Positions 51,776 through 61,918 of a stretch of DNA of 64,000 bases are shown here, in pieces. Under the pieces are notes generated by a model, which saw only the letters and a list, made by a program, of their open reading frames with translations, made no database searches and was not told the origin of the DNA. Each line of letters opens with the position of its first letter. Position 1 is the stretch's first letter. The DNA comes from Thermoproteota archaeon (GTDB lineage: Archaea; Korarchaeota; Korarchaeia; Korarchaeales; Korarchaeaceae), in NCBI GenBank assembly GCA_027491915.1, contig JAOZGC010000002.1, positions 379,344 to 443,343 of the forward strand. Direction: 5' to 3'. A program made the translations under genes and the position numbers.

Positions 51776-53080
51776 GTGAACCTCGTCGTCTGGATCCGGC
51801 GGGCATCCTGGGCGGCCGGGGTCGCGGGCCTGCTGATCACCATCCTGGCCCCCGGGTGGGTCTCAGAACCTGGCCCGCCCGATCCAGCCCGGCTGACCTC
51901 CGGAACGATCCTCCTAATCTCCACCGCGGCCGCCTTCCTGGCGGCCGCGAGGACGGTCGGCACCCCGGAGTACCACTTCAGCCCCTGGGGGCTCGTGCCG
52001 CCGGGCACCTTCCTGCTCCTCTCATACTCGGTCATGAGCCTCTCCGGGGCCCTCTACGACAGGCCGCTCTGGTCGGGCCTCTACCTGGAGCACGCCCTGA
52101 TGGCCGCCGGCCTCATAGCGATCGGGGTGGGCGTCAGGGGGTGGGCCGAGGTCATGTCCCCCAGGCCCAGGGTCGCGGGGACCGGGCGGATCCTGGCGGC
52201 CGCCGTGGTCTCGCTGGCCATGGTCGGGGCCATCCTCACGGCCACCGCCTGCCTGTACTCCGGGGGATGCGGGATCAGGAAGAACGTCCTCCCAGAATAC
52301 TTGATCATGGACCTCGTAATGTTCACCCTGTCCTTAGTGATGGCGGCCTGGCTGCTTAGGTCACCCGTCCTGTCCAGGTTTCCGGAGTCATTCTCTCCCC
52401 TGATATCGATCTACATCCTCTTCCCCCTGATGTCTCTCCTCTCCGTGGCGGACGACCTGATAGACATCCCGGGGGCCCAATCCGAGATGGCCATGATGTT
52501 CTACTACTTCCTGGCGCCGCCCCTCCTGGCGGCGGGAATCTTCTCCACGGCCCCAAACGTCCGGGCCGCCGGCGACCGGGTCGGGGACGGTCCCTCGCTG
52601 ACCCTGGCAGAGATATGCCCGGAGTGGAGGGACGCCGAGGGAGAGCTGGAGTTCCTCAGGTCGGTGTCCCACGGCAGGGTGATACTGCTCGTGTGCCACG
52701 CCGGCAGCCCCCTGATGAGGGCGGTCGAATCCTCCGACCTGCCCAGGACCGTGGCCCTGATGTCGGCGGGCGTGGACCACCCGGAGATGGTGGCCCCTCT
52801 AACTTTCAGGGTCGCCCCGGAGCCGGCCCAGATAATCAACCTGATGGAGAGGGTCAGGAGGTCCTCCGGGCCGCTGACCCTGGTGGTGGACAACCTCACC
52901 GACCTGATAACCCTGGGCGGGGTCGAGTCCACCTACAAGGTCGTCAGGGTGATCCTGGAGGAGCTCCGGGAGTCGGACGCCGCGGTCTTCCTCATGGCCC
53001 CGGCGGCCCACGACGGGAGGGTCGTCACCACCTTCAGGCTCCTCCTCCCGCAGAGGGTGTCCCTCTGCCCGGCTCCCTGA
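51776..53080 (+). CDS. Polytopic membrane protein with C-terminal DUF835-like domain; paralogue 2
   Basis: About 8 TM segments, then HGRVILLVCH...TVALMSA...LTLVVDNLTDLITLGGVESTYKVVRVILEELRESDAAVFLMAP. Same architecture as 22404..23759. Confidence 0.6.
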   Translation: MNLVVWIRRASWAAGVAGLLITILAPGWVSEPGPPDPARLTSGTILLISTAAAFLAAARTVGTPEYHFSPWGLVPPGTFLLLSYSVMSLSGALYDRPLWSGLYLEHALMAAGLIAIGVGVRGWAEVMSPRPRVAGTGRILAAAVVSLAMVGAILTATACLYSGGCGIRKNVLPEYLIMDLVMFTLSLVMAAWLLRSPVLSRFPESFSPLISIYILFPLMSLLSVADDLIDIPGAQSEMAMMFYYFLAPPLLAAGIFSTAPNVRAAGDRVGDGPSLTLAEICPEWRDAEGELEFLRSVSHGRVILLVCHAGSPLMRAVESSDLPRTVALMSAGVDHPEMVAPLTFRVAPEPAQIINLMERVRRSSGPLTLVVDNLTDLITLGGVESTYKVVRVILEELRESDAAVFLMAPAAHDGRVVTTFRLLLPQRVSLCPAP

Positions 53081-54251
53081 CCCCGAGCATCAGGGCCGCC
53101 GCGGCCAGGGACGTGACGATCGAGTAGGAGAAGGCGGCCGAGGCGCCCCAGCGATCCCACAGCAGGCCGAAAGCCAGGTTGGCCGCCGCGGTGGCCGCGC
53201 CCACGGCCAGGTAGTAGAGGCCGTACGCCGTCCCCCTCAGGGCGCCTGGGGCGAACTTGGCCACGGCGGCCCTCTGGACCGTCTCGACGGTCCCCATGTA
53301 GACGCCGAAGATCAGGGCCATGACCATAACGGTCGCCCGAGACAGGCCCGCCAGGCCCAGGGAGGAGGCGGCGGCCAGCGTGACGTATCCCGCGGCCAGC
53401 GCCCTGGCGCTCCCCACCCTGTCGGCCATCCTGCCGGCCGGGACGGCGGCCGCGGCGTGGACGAGGTTCATGGCGGCGTATATCAGGGGGACCGCGACGA
53501 CGGCGAACCCGGCGTCCCTCGCCCTGACCAGGACGAAAGAGAAGCTGTAGGCCCCGGCCGAGAACAGCGCCACCGGGACGAGGAACCGCGAGAATCCTCC
53601 CCTTAGGATCTCGCCGGCGTTTCTGAGTCCCCCCGCCCCCCTCTCGTTCCCCTCCCCACCTCTCCTCTCGCTCACGAAGAGGGTCAGGACCACCAGGGCC
53701 AGCGCCCCGGGGACTATGGACGCCAGGAAGACTCCCCTCTCCCCCACGACCGGGACGAGCGCCGCGGCCGCCAGCGGTCCGATCACGGCGCCCATCTGAT
53801 CCATCGACCTGTGTATGCCGAAGGCCCTCCCCAGGCGCGCCTCCCCGACGGACTCAGACAGCAGGGCGTCCCTGGCGGAGGTCCTTATGCCCTTCCCAAC
53901 CCTGTCGGTGAGCCTCACGGCGAAGGCGCCGATCCAATCCCTAACCAGGGCCAGGGCCGGCTTTGCGAAGTTGGACACGGCGTATCCGGCCAGGACGACC
54001 GCCTTCCTGACCCCGAGCCTGTCGGATATCACCCCGGACGCCACCCTGAGCAGGTAGTTGACCGCGTCCGCCGTCCCCTCTATCAGCCCCAGAATCGCCC
54101 TGCTGGCCCCGAGGTCCTCCACTATGAACACCGGCAGCAGCCCGAGGATCATCTCCGTCGAGACGTCCGTGAAGAAGCTCACGGCCCCCAGGGCCAGGAC
54201 GTTCCTCATCCCCCCGGTCGATCCCCCGCCGTCCTCCCCGCCGTCGGGCAT
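53034..54251 (-). CDS. MFS transporter
   Basis: 405 aa and multi-TM. GVISDRLGVRKAVVL motif. Confidence 0.8.
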   Translation of the reverse strand: MPDGGEDGGGSTGGMRNVLALGAVSFFTDVSTEMILGLLPVFIVEDLGASRAILGLIEGTADAVNYLLRVASGVISDRLGVRKAVVLAGYAVSNFAKPALALVRDWIGAFAVRLTDRVGKGIRTSARDALLSESVGEARLGRAFGIHRSMDQMGAVIGPLAAAALVPVVGERGVFLASIVPGALALVVLTLFVSERRGGEGNERGAGGLRNAGEILRGGFSRFLVPVALFSAGAYSFSFVLVRARDAGFAVVAVPLIYAAMNLVHAAAAVPAGRMADRVGSARALAAGYVTLAAASSLGLAGLSRATVMVMALIFGVYMGTVETVQRAAVAKFAPGALRGTAYGLYYLAVGAATAAANLAFGLLWDRWGASAAFSYSIVTSLAAAALMLGVREPGRGTPSAGGGA

Positions 54252-54301
54252 CCCGACCCGGGGGAGCCGGTGCTTATTTACCCATCCCTCCCCCGGGCCC
54301 G

Positions 54302-55129
54302 ATGGACTTCGGATCCCGCCACTGGCTCCACGCCCTCTCGGCCTACGCCCTGTTTATGGCCGCCTGGGTACCCTACAGGTGGATCTGCGGGGGGCTGGAC
54401 CCGGCGGAGGTGTACCTGATCGACCTGGCGGCGAAGCCGGCGATAACCGCCCTGGCCCTCTACCCGACCCTGGTGCTCGCCGACCGGGGTGGCCTGCGGG
54501 ACCTGGGATTGTCGCCGGCCGGGATGCCGCGCCGCTACGCAGCCGGCCTGGTGGGGGCCGCGGCCATGTGGGCGGCCCACTACCTGCTGATCCCGACCCT
54601 CCTCGGGTACCCGCCGGGTCCCCCGACCCCGGATCTCGACCTCGAGAGCGCCCTGCTCTCCCTGGACATAATCCTGACGGCCGGCCCGATGGAGGAGCTG
54701 TTCGACAGGGGGTACGTCTTCCCCGAGATGCTGAGGTCGGCGCGCCCGGGGAGGATCGGGACCCTGGCGGCCGCCTCCGCCGCCTCGGCCCTCTTCGCCC
54801 TCTCCCACCTGCCGATAGACCTGTTCGTCTGGAGGGCCGGGCCGCTGTGGACGGCCTTCCACATGGCCTCGACCTTCGCGTTCGGTGCGGCCCTCTGCTG
54901 GCTCTCCCTGAAGACCGGGGGGATAGAGGCGGCCGTGGGGTTCCACACCGGTTGGGACCTGGCGGTGACGATTCTGGTGGTCCCGTCGGTGGTCCCGGGC
55001 TGGGCCTACCCGATCAGGGAGGCCGTCGGTCTGACCCTGGGGGTGGCGGCGGCCGCGGCCCTCTCCGGGGCCCGGGGCGGGTGGCCCCGGGCGCCGAGCC
55101 GGGTCAGATCCTCCCCCCAAGGAACATGA
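54302..55129 (+). CDS. CPBP-family intramembrane glutamic endopeptidase (CAAX protease/Abi type)
   Basis: GPMEELFDRGYVF (EExxxR), LFALSHLP (FxxxH), GFHTGWDL (HxxxD/N). Confidence 0.8.
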   Translation: MDFGSRHWLHALSAYALFMAAWVPYRWICGGLDPAEVYLIDLAAKPAITALALYPTLVLADRGGLRDLGLSPAGMPRRYAAGLVGAAAMWAAHYLLIPTLLGYPPGPPTPDLDLESALLSLDIILTAGPMEELFDRGYVFPEMLRSARPGRIGTLAAASAASALFALSHLPIDLFVWRAGPLWTAFHMASTFAFGAALCWLSLKTGGIEAAVGFHTGWDLAVTILVVPSVVPGWAYPIREAVGLTLGVAAAAALSGARGGWPRAPSRVRSSPQGT

Positions 55130-55772
55130 CTATGGCCATGACCATCAGGCCGACCAGCATCTCGAGGGCCCCGTACAACAGCCTCCCGGCCCCGGATATC
55201 TTCCCGAGGTAGACCCCTATCATGAAGAGTCCCGACAGGGTGAGGCCGAAGGACAGGGGGAAGGCGTACCCGAGCTCCAGAATTCCAGCCTCGGCCGCCG
55301 CGAACGGGACGACCGCCAGCATGGAGGCGGCCATGGGGGCCGCCCCGGCCACCAGCCCTATGACCACGGCGGACAGCCTCATGGCCTTGGCCACCAGGGA
55401 CCTGTCCAGGTCCATCATCACGGCGGCCTCCATCTCCCTCAGCTGGTGCAGCCTCTCGGCCCTCTCCGTCATGTAGGTGCCCACCATGGCGGATATCCCT
55501 ATGGCCACCGCCCCTCCCGTCCCGGCGCTCACCACCAGCCTGGGATCCGGGGTCCCCGCGGCGTACGCCCCGACCACGACGCCGAGCATGGTCAGCACCC
55601 CGTCGAAGGAGTTGGTCACCGCGTATCTCCTTGCTATCTCCCACATCCCGGTCATGTGGGCGTAGGACTCGAAGCTCTCGTAGACCTCCAGCAGGGAGTC
55701 CCAGACCTCCCCCAACAGGAACCTGATCGACCAGAGGCGGCCCCTCCTCCTCTCCCCGCCCCTCTCCTCCAT
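55104..55772 (-). CDS. VIT1/CCC1-family (DUF125) iron/manganese transporter-like membrane protein
   Basis: VTNSFDGVLTMLGVVVG, a central helical linker (ERAERLHQLREME) and three C-terminal TM segments. Confidence 0.6.
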   Translation of the reverse strand: MEERGGERRRGRLWSIRFLLGEVWDSLLEVYESFESYAHMTGMWEIARRYAVTNSFDGVLTMLGVVVGAYAAGTPDPRLVVSAGTGGAVAIGISAMVGTYMTERAERLHQLREMEAAVMMDLDRSLVAKAMRLSAVVIGLVAGAAPMAASMLAVVPFAAAEAGILELGYAFPLSFGLTLSGLFMIGVYLGKISGAGRLLYGALEMLVGLMVMAIVMFLGGRI

Positions 55773-55858
55773 GCCGCCCCCCAGCCGCCCCCCTCAGATA
55801 TAAGTCGGGCGCGGACGCTCCGGTCGATTTTTTTACGTCCGCCCCCGCCGGCCGCCGC

Positions 55859-57127
55859 GTGGACGGCCGGACCCAGAGGAGGAACCTGGCCATAATGACG
55901 GTCACCTGGGGGATCATGGCCCCCTTCTCCTCCGCCCTATCTACCTACTCCTCCCTGTACTTCCTGGAGCTCGGGGCCGGGCCGGCCGTCATAGGACTGA
56001 TAGGCACCGTGTCAGCGGTCACGCTCGCCTTCTCCAGGCTGATAGGCGGATACCTGGCGGACACCGTCGGCCGCAGGATCCTGATGTCCCTCATGACGGT
56101 GGTCTACGGCCTGTCCAGCCTCATATACGCCCTCGCCCCCGACTGGACCTGGCTCGTCCCGGCCGCCTTCCTCTCCTCCCTGTCCCTCCTGTACCAGCCG
56201 GCGGTCACCGCGATGATGGCCGACAGCCTCCCCCCGGAGAGGAGGGGGAGCGGCCTCTCGGCGGCGCACACCGCGTCTGACGTCGTCGGCCTGGTGGGCC
56301 CCCCGGCCGCGGCGGCCCTCGTCGGCGCCGTCGGCCTGGTCCCGGCCGTCAGGATGATGTACGTGGGAGACGCGGCCGCCAAGATATCCTCCGGGATCCT
56401 CCGCCTCTTCCTGAGGGAGACCCTTCCTTCCAGCAGGAGGCCCACCGTCAGGGGGGGTCTGAGGGATTATCTCTCGGCGGTAAGGATGCTCAGGGGAGAC
56501 CTGGGGAGGGCCGTGCTGATAACGGCCGTGGGAGGATCCGTGGGCGCCATGGCCTTCCCCTTCGCCCAGATATACGCGGTGAAGGTCGTCGGAATATCTC
56601 CGGAGGCCTGGGGCATCATATCCACGATCATCGGGCTGGAGTCCACCGCCTCGACCCTGGTATCCGGGATCCTGGCGGACAGGGTCGGGAGGAGGGTCGT
56701 GCTCGGGGCCGGCTACCTCTCCGGGGCCGCGGGCCTGGCGATGCTGACCCTGGTCCCCAGGGGATGCTTCGCCGGGGTACTCGCCGCCATGGCCGTCGCC
56801 GTGGCCGTCGCCTCCTGGCCCTCCTCCTTCGCCATATTCGCGGACCTGACCCCGCCCGAGGCCAGGGGGAGGATGACCGCCGTCAGGGGACTGATAATGG
56901 GGAACCTCCGCGGCGCGTTCTCCGCGGCCGGCGGGGCCGCCTACCAGCTGAACCCGGCCCTGTCCTTCCTCGCCGGGGCCGCCGGCTACGCCGCGGTGGC
57001 CGCCTCGGCCCTCCTCCTGCTGCCCGGCGGGCTACCCCGGGCGACCGGAGTGGAAGGGAGGGCGATCGATTTATCACAGGGGACGGCCCACCCACACAAT
57101 GGGAGCCAGGTTCTCCTCCAAGCTTGA
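55859..57127 (+). CDS. MFS transporter
   Basis: 422 aa and multi-TM. GGYLADTVGRRILM motif. GTG start 24-32 nt downstream of ATTTTTTTA (55827-55835). Confidence 0.8.
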   Translation: MDGRTQRRNLAIMTVTWGIMAPFSSALSTYSSLYFLELGAGPAVIGLIGTVSAVTLAFSRLIGGYLADTVGRRILMSLMTVVYGLSSLIYALAPDWTWLVPAAFLSSLSLLYQPAVTAMMADSLPPERRGSGLSAAHTASDVVGLVGPPAAAALVGAVGLVPAVRMMYVGDAAAKISSGILRLFLRETLPSSRRPTVRGGLRDYLSAVRMLRGDLGRAVLITAVGGSVGAMAFPFAQIYAVKVVGISPEAWGIISTIIGLESTASTLVSGILADRVGRRVVLGAGYLSGAAGLAMLTLVPRGCFAGVLAAMAVAVAVASWPSSFAIFADLTPPEARGRMTAVRGLIMGNLRGAFSAAGGAAYQLNPALSFLAGAAGYAAVAASALLLLPGGLPRATGVEGRAIDLSQGTAHPHNGSQVLLQA

Positions 57128-58559
57128 CTCGGCCCCCCTGGCGGCCACCTTCGGGGACTTCATCCTCCTCCCGGGGAAGGCCGCCGTGGAGCCGTCCGAG
57201 GTGGACCTGTCCACCAGGATCTCCCCATCCATGAGCCTGGCCATCCCCCTGATCTCCTCCCCCATGGACACCGTGACGGAGGTGGACATGGCCGTCGGCA
57301 TGGCCAGGCTCGGGGGGCTGGGCGTGGTCCACAGGAACTGCCCGGTCGAGGAGCAGGTGGCCATGGTCAGGGCGGTCAAGAGGGCCGAGAGCTTCATCAT
57401 AAGGGACGTCGTCACGGTCGCCCCGGACCAGACGGTCTCGGACGCCAGGGCCCTGATGGATGCCAGGGGGATCTCCGGCCTCCCAGTGGTCGCGGACGGG
57501 CGGCTGGTGGGGATAGTCACGAGGAGGGACGTGGCCTTCGCCGCAGACCAGTCGAGGCCGATCAGGGAGATAATGACGGTCGACCCGGTGACGGTGGGGC
57601 CCGACGTGACCCCCCAGGAGGCCAAGGCCCTGATGGGCCAGCACAAGGTGGAGAAGCTGCCGGTCGTCGACCGGGACGGCACCCTGCTCGGCCTCATAAC
57701 CGCCAGGGACATATTCTCCATGGAGAGCCGGCCCGAGTCCACCAGGGATCGGGAGGGCAGGCTGGCGGTGGCCGCGGCCGTCTCCCCCTTCGACCTGGAG
57801 AGGGCAAGGGCCCTGGACCGGTGGGTGGACGCCCTGTTCACCGACGTCGCCCACTTCCACAACGAGGCCGCCATGTCCGCTGCGGCCAGGATGGCCAGGG
57901 AGGTGTCGGCGGACCTGTTCGTGGGGAACGTGGGCACCAGAGAGGCAGCCGAGGAGGCCCTCTCCAGGGTGGACCCCGTGGCCGGCCTCAGGGTGGGCAT
58001 GGCCTCCGGCAGCATCTGCACCACCGGGGAGGTCACCGGGGTCGCCGCGCCCACCCTCTTCGCCGTGGCCCAGGCGGCCGACGCCGCCGAGGCCCTAGGG
58101 TCGGACGCGTCCATAATAGCCGACGGCGGGATCAGGGGACCCGGGGAGGCCGCCAAGGCCCTCGCGGCCGGCGCCTCGGCCGTAATGTTGGGGTACGCCC
58201 TGGCCGGATCCAGGGAGGCCCCGGGGCAGCCCCTCATGTTCGGGGGGAGGATGTACAAGTTCTACAGGGGGATGGGGAGCCCCTCGGCCAGGCGCAGGAG
58301 GTACGCCCTGGACAGGTACTCCAGGCCGTCCAAGGAGATAGCCGAGGGGATAGAGGGGCTGGTCCCCTACAGGGGGGACCTGGAGACAGTCGTGAGGAAG
58401 TTCGTCGCCGGGCTGAGGGCGGCCATGGGGTACGCCGGCGCGTCCAGCGTTCGAGAGCTCTGGGAGGTCGGGAGGTTCGCCAGGGTGAGCCAGGCGGGAC
58501 TCAGGGAGATCTCTCCCCACGACGTGAGGCCCCTGGAGTGGCGTCCCGAGGTGGGCTGA
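57099..58559 (+). CDS. guaB: Inosine-5'-monophosphate dehydrogenase with CBS pair
   Basis: TFGDFILLPG, ISSPMDTVTE, two CBS motifs (ISGLPVV, VEKLPVV), catalytic GSICTT, IADGGIR, GSREAPG, YRGMGS. Confidence 0.9.
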   Translation: MGARFSSKLDSAPLAATFGDFILLPGKAAVEPSEVDLSTRISPSMSLAIPLISSPMDTVTEVDMAVGMARLGGLGVVHRNCPVEEQVAMVRAVKRAESFIIRDVVTVAPDQTVSDARALMDARGISGLPVVADGRLVGIVTRRDVAFAADQSRPIREIMTVDPVTVGPDVTPQEAKALMGQHKVEKLPVVDRDGTLLGLITARDIFSMESRPESTRDREGRLAVAAAVSPFDLERARALDRWVDALFTDVAHFHNEAAMSAAARMAREVSADLFVGNVGTREAAEEALSRVDPVAGLRVGMASGSICTTGEVTGVAAPTLFAVAQAADAAEALGSDASIIADGGIRGPGEAAKALAAGASAVMLGYALAGSREAPGQPLMFGGRMYKFYRGMGSPSARRRRYALDRYSRPSKEIAEGIEGLVPYRGDLETVVRKFVAGLRAAMGYAGASSVRELWEVGRFARVSQAGLREISPHDVRPLEWRPEVG

Positions 58560-58572
58560 TCGCCCCCCTCCC

Positions 58573-59139
58573 TCACCTCCTCGCCGCGCGGACGAAGTTC
58601 TCCAGTATCCTGGAGCCGAACTCCGTGTGGGACACCTCCGGGTGGAACTGGACCCCGAAGACCCCGAGGTCCTGGATCTCCATGGCCTGGACCCTGCAGG
58701 ACCTGCTGGAGGCCGTCACGACCGCGCCCGGGGGAGGCTCCAGGACCTCGTCGTTGTGGGACTCCCAGGCCACGAACCTCCCGGGGACGCCCTCGAAGAG
58801 GGGCGAGTCGGCGATCACCTCCACCTCCACCCCGCCGAACTCCGGCCTCGCGGCCGGCCCCACCCTCCCCCCCAGGACGTGGGCCGCCAGGTGGTGGGAC
58901 AGGCATATCCCCAGCACCGGCAGCCCGTGGACGACGTACTCCGGGGCCCGCCCCATGGACGGGAGGTCCCGGGGGACGCTCTGGGGCCCCCCTCCCATGA
59001 CGAACGCGTCGGCCTCCACCTCGGAGGGGGGCACGCTCGCCGGCACCAGCCTGGTCTCCACCCCGATCTCCGAGAGCCGCCTGGCTATCAGGTGGTTGTA
59101 CTGCCCCCCGAAGGTCACCACGGGGACCAGCATCTCCAT
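58573..59139 (-). CDS. guaAA: GMP synthase (glutamine-hydrolysing) subunit A, glutamine amidotransferase
   Basis: VLGICLSHH (nucleophile Cys) and VQFHPEVSHT (His/Glu). 188 aa stand-alone GATase, as in archaea. Confidence 0.9.
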   Translation of the reverse strand: MEMLVPVVTFGGQYNHLIARRLSEIGVETRLVPASVPPSEVEADAFVMGGGPQSVPRDLPSMGRAPEYVVHGLPVLGICLSHHLAAHVLGGRVGPAARPEFGGVEVEVIADSPLFEGVPGRFVAWESHNDEVLEPPPGAVVTASSRSCRVQAMEIQDLGVFGVQFHPEVSHTEFGSRILENFVRAARR

Positions 59140-59154
59140 CCCCCCGCGGGTCGG

Positions 59155-60279
59155 CTACTCGAACTCTATCGTGGCCGGCGGCTTGGGCGTCAGGTCGTAG
59201 TAGAGCGCCCCGGCCCCGGGGACCCGGCGTCGGATCCCCTCGGCGATCTCCCCCAGGACCCCCGGCGGCGGGAGGCACGCCTCGGCCGTCATGAAGTCCT
59301 CCGTGGACACCGCCCTGGCGGCCACGGCCAGCCGCCCGCCCCCCCACCTGTCAACCTCCATCAGGACCCTGACGGCCCCCGGCTCGGCCGCCAGGAGCTC
59401 CCCCCTGACGGGGGCCGCCGCGTCCGGGTAGTCTACCCCGGAGACGACCAGGATCTTGCCCAGCCTCCTCTGATCCCCCTTGACGCCCGTGGCCCTGGCG
59501 TCGAGCTCCCTCACTTCCACCCCCACCTCCCGGGCCAGGTCGGGCCTCTCCCTACCCCCGTCCTCGAGCGCGGCTGCCAGGGTCTGGGAGCAGCCCAGGG
59601 CCAGGAGGGCCGGTTCCACCACGCCCGAGGCCGCGCGGGCTGCCCCGAGCTTGTCCGGGGTGCACTCTCCGAGGCACCTGACCAGGAGCCCCGGTCCGGG
59701 GAAGGGCTGCCTCTCGACCACGGCCCGCGGGAGCCCGAGGTGCCTGGCGAGTTCCCTCACCTGATCCTTGTACAGGTCCCTTAGGGGCTCAACGACCGAG
59801 AAGCCGTACCTCTCCAGGGACCTTATCCCCACCTGCTCCAGGACGTTGTGCTGGGTCTTTATCCCGCCGACGGTCTCTATCACGTCCGGCGCTATGGTGC
59901 CCTGGACCAGCCACCGGGCCCCCACCTCGCCGGCCAGCCCAGCCAGGGCCGAGTAGAAGGCCTCCCTGAAGGCCACCCTCTTCTCCTCCGGATCGGACAG
60001 CCCGCTCACGGCCGCCGAGAACTCGGCCGACAGGTCGACCACCTGGGGGTCGAGGACCCCCCCCAGCTCCCGGGCCACCTCGGCCGCCTCCCCCTCCCTG
60101 AGGAAGCCGGTGTCCAAGACGACCGCGTGGAGCCTGTCTCCCACGGCCCTCCGGGCCAGGACCGCGGCGACCGCGCTGTCTACCCCGCCGGACACGGCCG
60201 CCAGGGCCTCTCCCCTTATCTCCGACCTGAGCCTCCCGACCACCTCGGCCTCGAAGGAGAGGGGATCGAACCCCCGCAT
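59155..60279 (-). CDS. guaAB: GMP synthase subunit B (ATP pyrophosphatase), with an apparent ~60-aa insertion in the C-terminal domain
   Basis: PP-loop AVSGGVDSAV, GTIAPDVIE, ERQPFPGPGL, C-terminal YDLTPKPPATIEFE. Confidence 0.9.
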   Translation of the reverse strand: MRGFDPLSFEAEVVGRLRSEIRGEALAAVSGGVDSAVAAVLARRAVGDRLHAVVLDTGFLREGEAAEVARELGGVLDPQVVDLSAEFSAAVSGLSDPEEKRVAFREAFYSALAGLAGEVGARWLVQGTIAPDVIETVGGIKTQHNVLEQVGIRSLERYGFSVVEPLRDLYKDQVRELARHLGLPRAVVERQPFPGPGLLVRCLGECTPDKLGAARAASGVVEPALLALGCSQTLAAALEDGGRERPDLAREVGVEVRELDARATGVKGDQRRLGKILVVSGVDYPDAAAPVRGELLAAEPGAVRVLMEVDRWGGGRLAVAARAVSTEDFMTAEACLPPPGVLGEIAEGIRRRVPGAGALYYDLTPKPPATIEFE

Positions 60280-60512
60280 AAACGACCTCCCGGGCCGCCG
60301 TTAAAAAGGCGGCGAGCGTCCCTTCCCTTCCAGCCCATGCGACCGTTGACGAGTCGACCGGCCCCCCTCCTTCACCGTTCCTCAAATCCCGCGCCGAGAA
60401 GCCATTGGGAACCGGAGACTTACTCAGATTGGCCGGCGGGAGCCTCACCCTCGGGCGCTCCCGGGATGATCAACTTTTTTTCGATCCGACGGGGCCCGGC
60501 CCCCGATCCGAC

Positions 60513-61862
60513 ATGGTCCGCAGGCCGAAGATCGTGGTGGAGCCCCCGGGCCCCAAGGCCAGGGAGATCATAGCCAGGGACGAGGCCGTGCTGTCCAGGT
60601 CCCTAACCAGGACCGCCCCGCTGGTCGGGGTCGGGGCGGAGGGGGTCTGGGTCAGGGACATAGACGGGAACGAGTTCCTGGACTTCGGGTCGGGAATAGC
60701 CGTCACCAACGTGGGCCACATGCACCCCAGGGTGGTGGAGACCGTCAAGAGGGAGGTGGAGAGGCTGATATTCGTCAACAGCTTCGACTTCCACACCGTC
60801 CCCCAGGTGAACCTGGCCGAGAGGCTGGTCCGGATAACCCCCGGAAGCTTCAGGAAGCGGGTTTTCTTCGTCAACAGCGGCACCGAGGCGGTGGAGTGCG
60901 CCATAAAGGCCTCCAGGTACAGGACGGGCCGCTACTACACCGTGGCCTTCATAAACTCCTTCCACGGCAGGACCATGGGGTCGCTGGCCCTTACCTCCAC
61001 CTCCACGACCGCCAGGAGGAGGTTCCAGCCCATGATGCCCGGGGTGGTCCACGCCCCCTACCCCTACTGCTACAGGTGCCCCCTGGGGCACAGGGAGGGC
61101 CCCCCGGACTGCGGGTTCGCCTGCCTCTCCTACCTGGAGGATCAGATACTGGGCCACGTGGCCCCCCCTGACGAGGTGTCCGCCATAGTATTCGAGCCCA
61201 TCCAGGGGGCCGGAGGTTACGTGGTCCCCCCGGGGGAGTGGGTCAGGGGGCTGAGGAGGATCGCCGACGAGCACGGCATACCCCTGATAGCGGACGAGGT
61301 CCAGTCCGGCATGGGGAGGACCGGCCGGTGGTGCGCGGTCGAGCACTTCGGGGTGGTCCCCGACGGGGTCACCCTCTCCAAGGCCATAGCGGCCGGCTTC
61401 CCGTTCGGGGCGTTCGTCGGGAGGGCCGACCTGCTCGAGTGGGAGCCGGGGGCCCACGAGAACACGCTGGGCGGGAACCCGGTGCTGGCCAGCGTGGCCC
61501 TCACGGTCCTGGACGTGATCGAGGAGGAGCGCCTCATGGAGAACGCCGAGCGGGTCGGCTCCCACATGATGGGGAGGCTGAGGGACATGGCGTCCGAGCA
61601 CGAGGTCGTGGGGGACGTGAGGGGGAAGGGCCTGATGATAGGGGTGGAGTTCGTCAGGGACAGGGAGACCAGAGAGCCTGCCCCGAGGGTGAAGTCGGAG
61701 GTGATAAGGAGGGCCTTCAAGAGGGGGCTGATCCTCCTGGGGGCCGGGAGGTCCAGCCTCAGGCTGGCCCCGCCCCTCGTGATAACCGAGGAGGAGGCGG
61801 ACGTGGGCCTGGACATACTGGAGGAGGTGATAGGGGAGGTCGAGGGGGACCTCCTCTCCTGA
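60513..61862 (+). CDS. Class III PLP-dependent aminotransferase (4-aminobutyrate/beta-alanine/acetylornithine aminotransferase family)
   Basis: NSGTEAVECAIK, SFHGRT, IADEVQSGMGRTG, TLSKAIAAGFP (PLP Lys). ATG 60513 chosen within the longer ORF. Confidence 0.88.
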   Translation: MVRRPKIVVEPPGPKAREIIARDEAVLSRSLTRTAPLVGVGAEGVWVRDIDGNEFLDFGSGIAVTNVGHMHPRVVETVKREVERLIFVNSFDFHTVPQVNLAERLVRITPGSFRKRVFFVNSGTEAVECAIKASRYRTGRYYTVAFINSFHGRTMGSLALTSTSTTARRRFQPMMPGVVHAPYPYCYRCPLGHREGPPDCGFACLSYLEDQILGHVAPPDEVSAIVFEPIQGAGGYVVPPGEWVRGLRRIADEHGIPLIADEVQSGMGRTGRWCAVEHFGVVPDGVTLSKAIAAGFPFGAFVGRADLLEWEPGAHENTLGGNPVLASVALTVLDVIEEERLMENAERVGSHMMGRLRDMASEHEVVGDVRGKGLMIGVEFVRDRETREPAPRVKSEVIRRAFKRGLILLGAGRSSLRLAPPLVITEEEADVGLDILEEVIGEVEGDLLS

Positions 61863-61918
61863 CCCGACCCCGGAGGGATTAAAATGTCCGCCCGCCCGCG
61901 GATCGCGGTGGACGCGGA

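Noticed and set aside
60310-60512. In-frame N-terminal extension of the aminotransferase ORF (from TTG 60405), and a CGGGAGC..GCTCCCG hairpin followed by T7 (60440-60487) as a possible small RNA or terminator
   Set aside because: The extension has no similarity to class III aminotransferase N-termini. The T-rich stretch sits ~30 nt upstream of ATG 60513 and fits the TATA/leaderless pattern. There is no evidence for a separate transcript.
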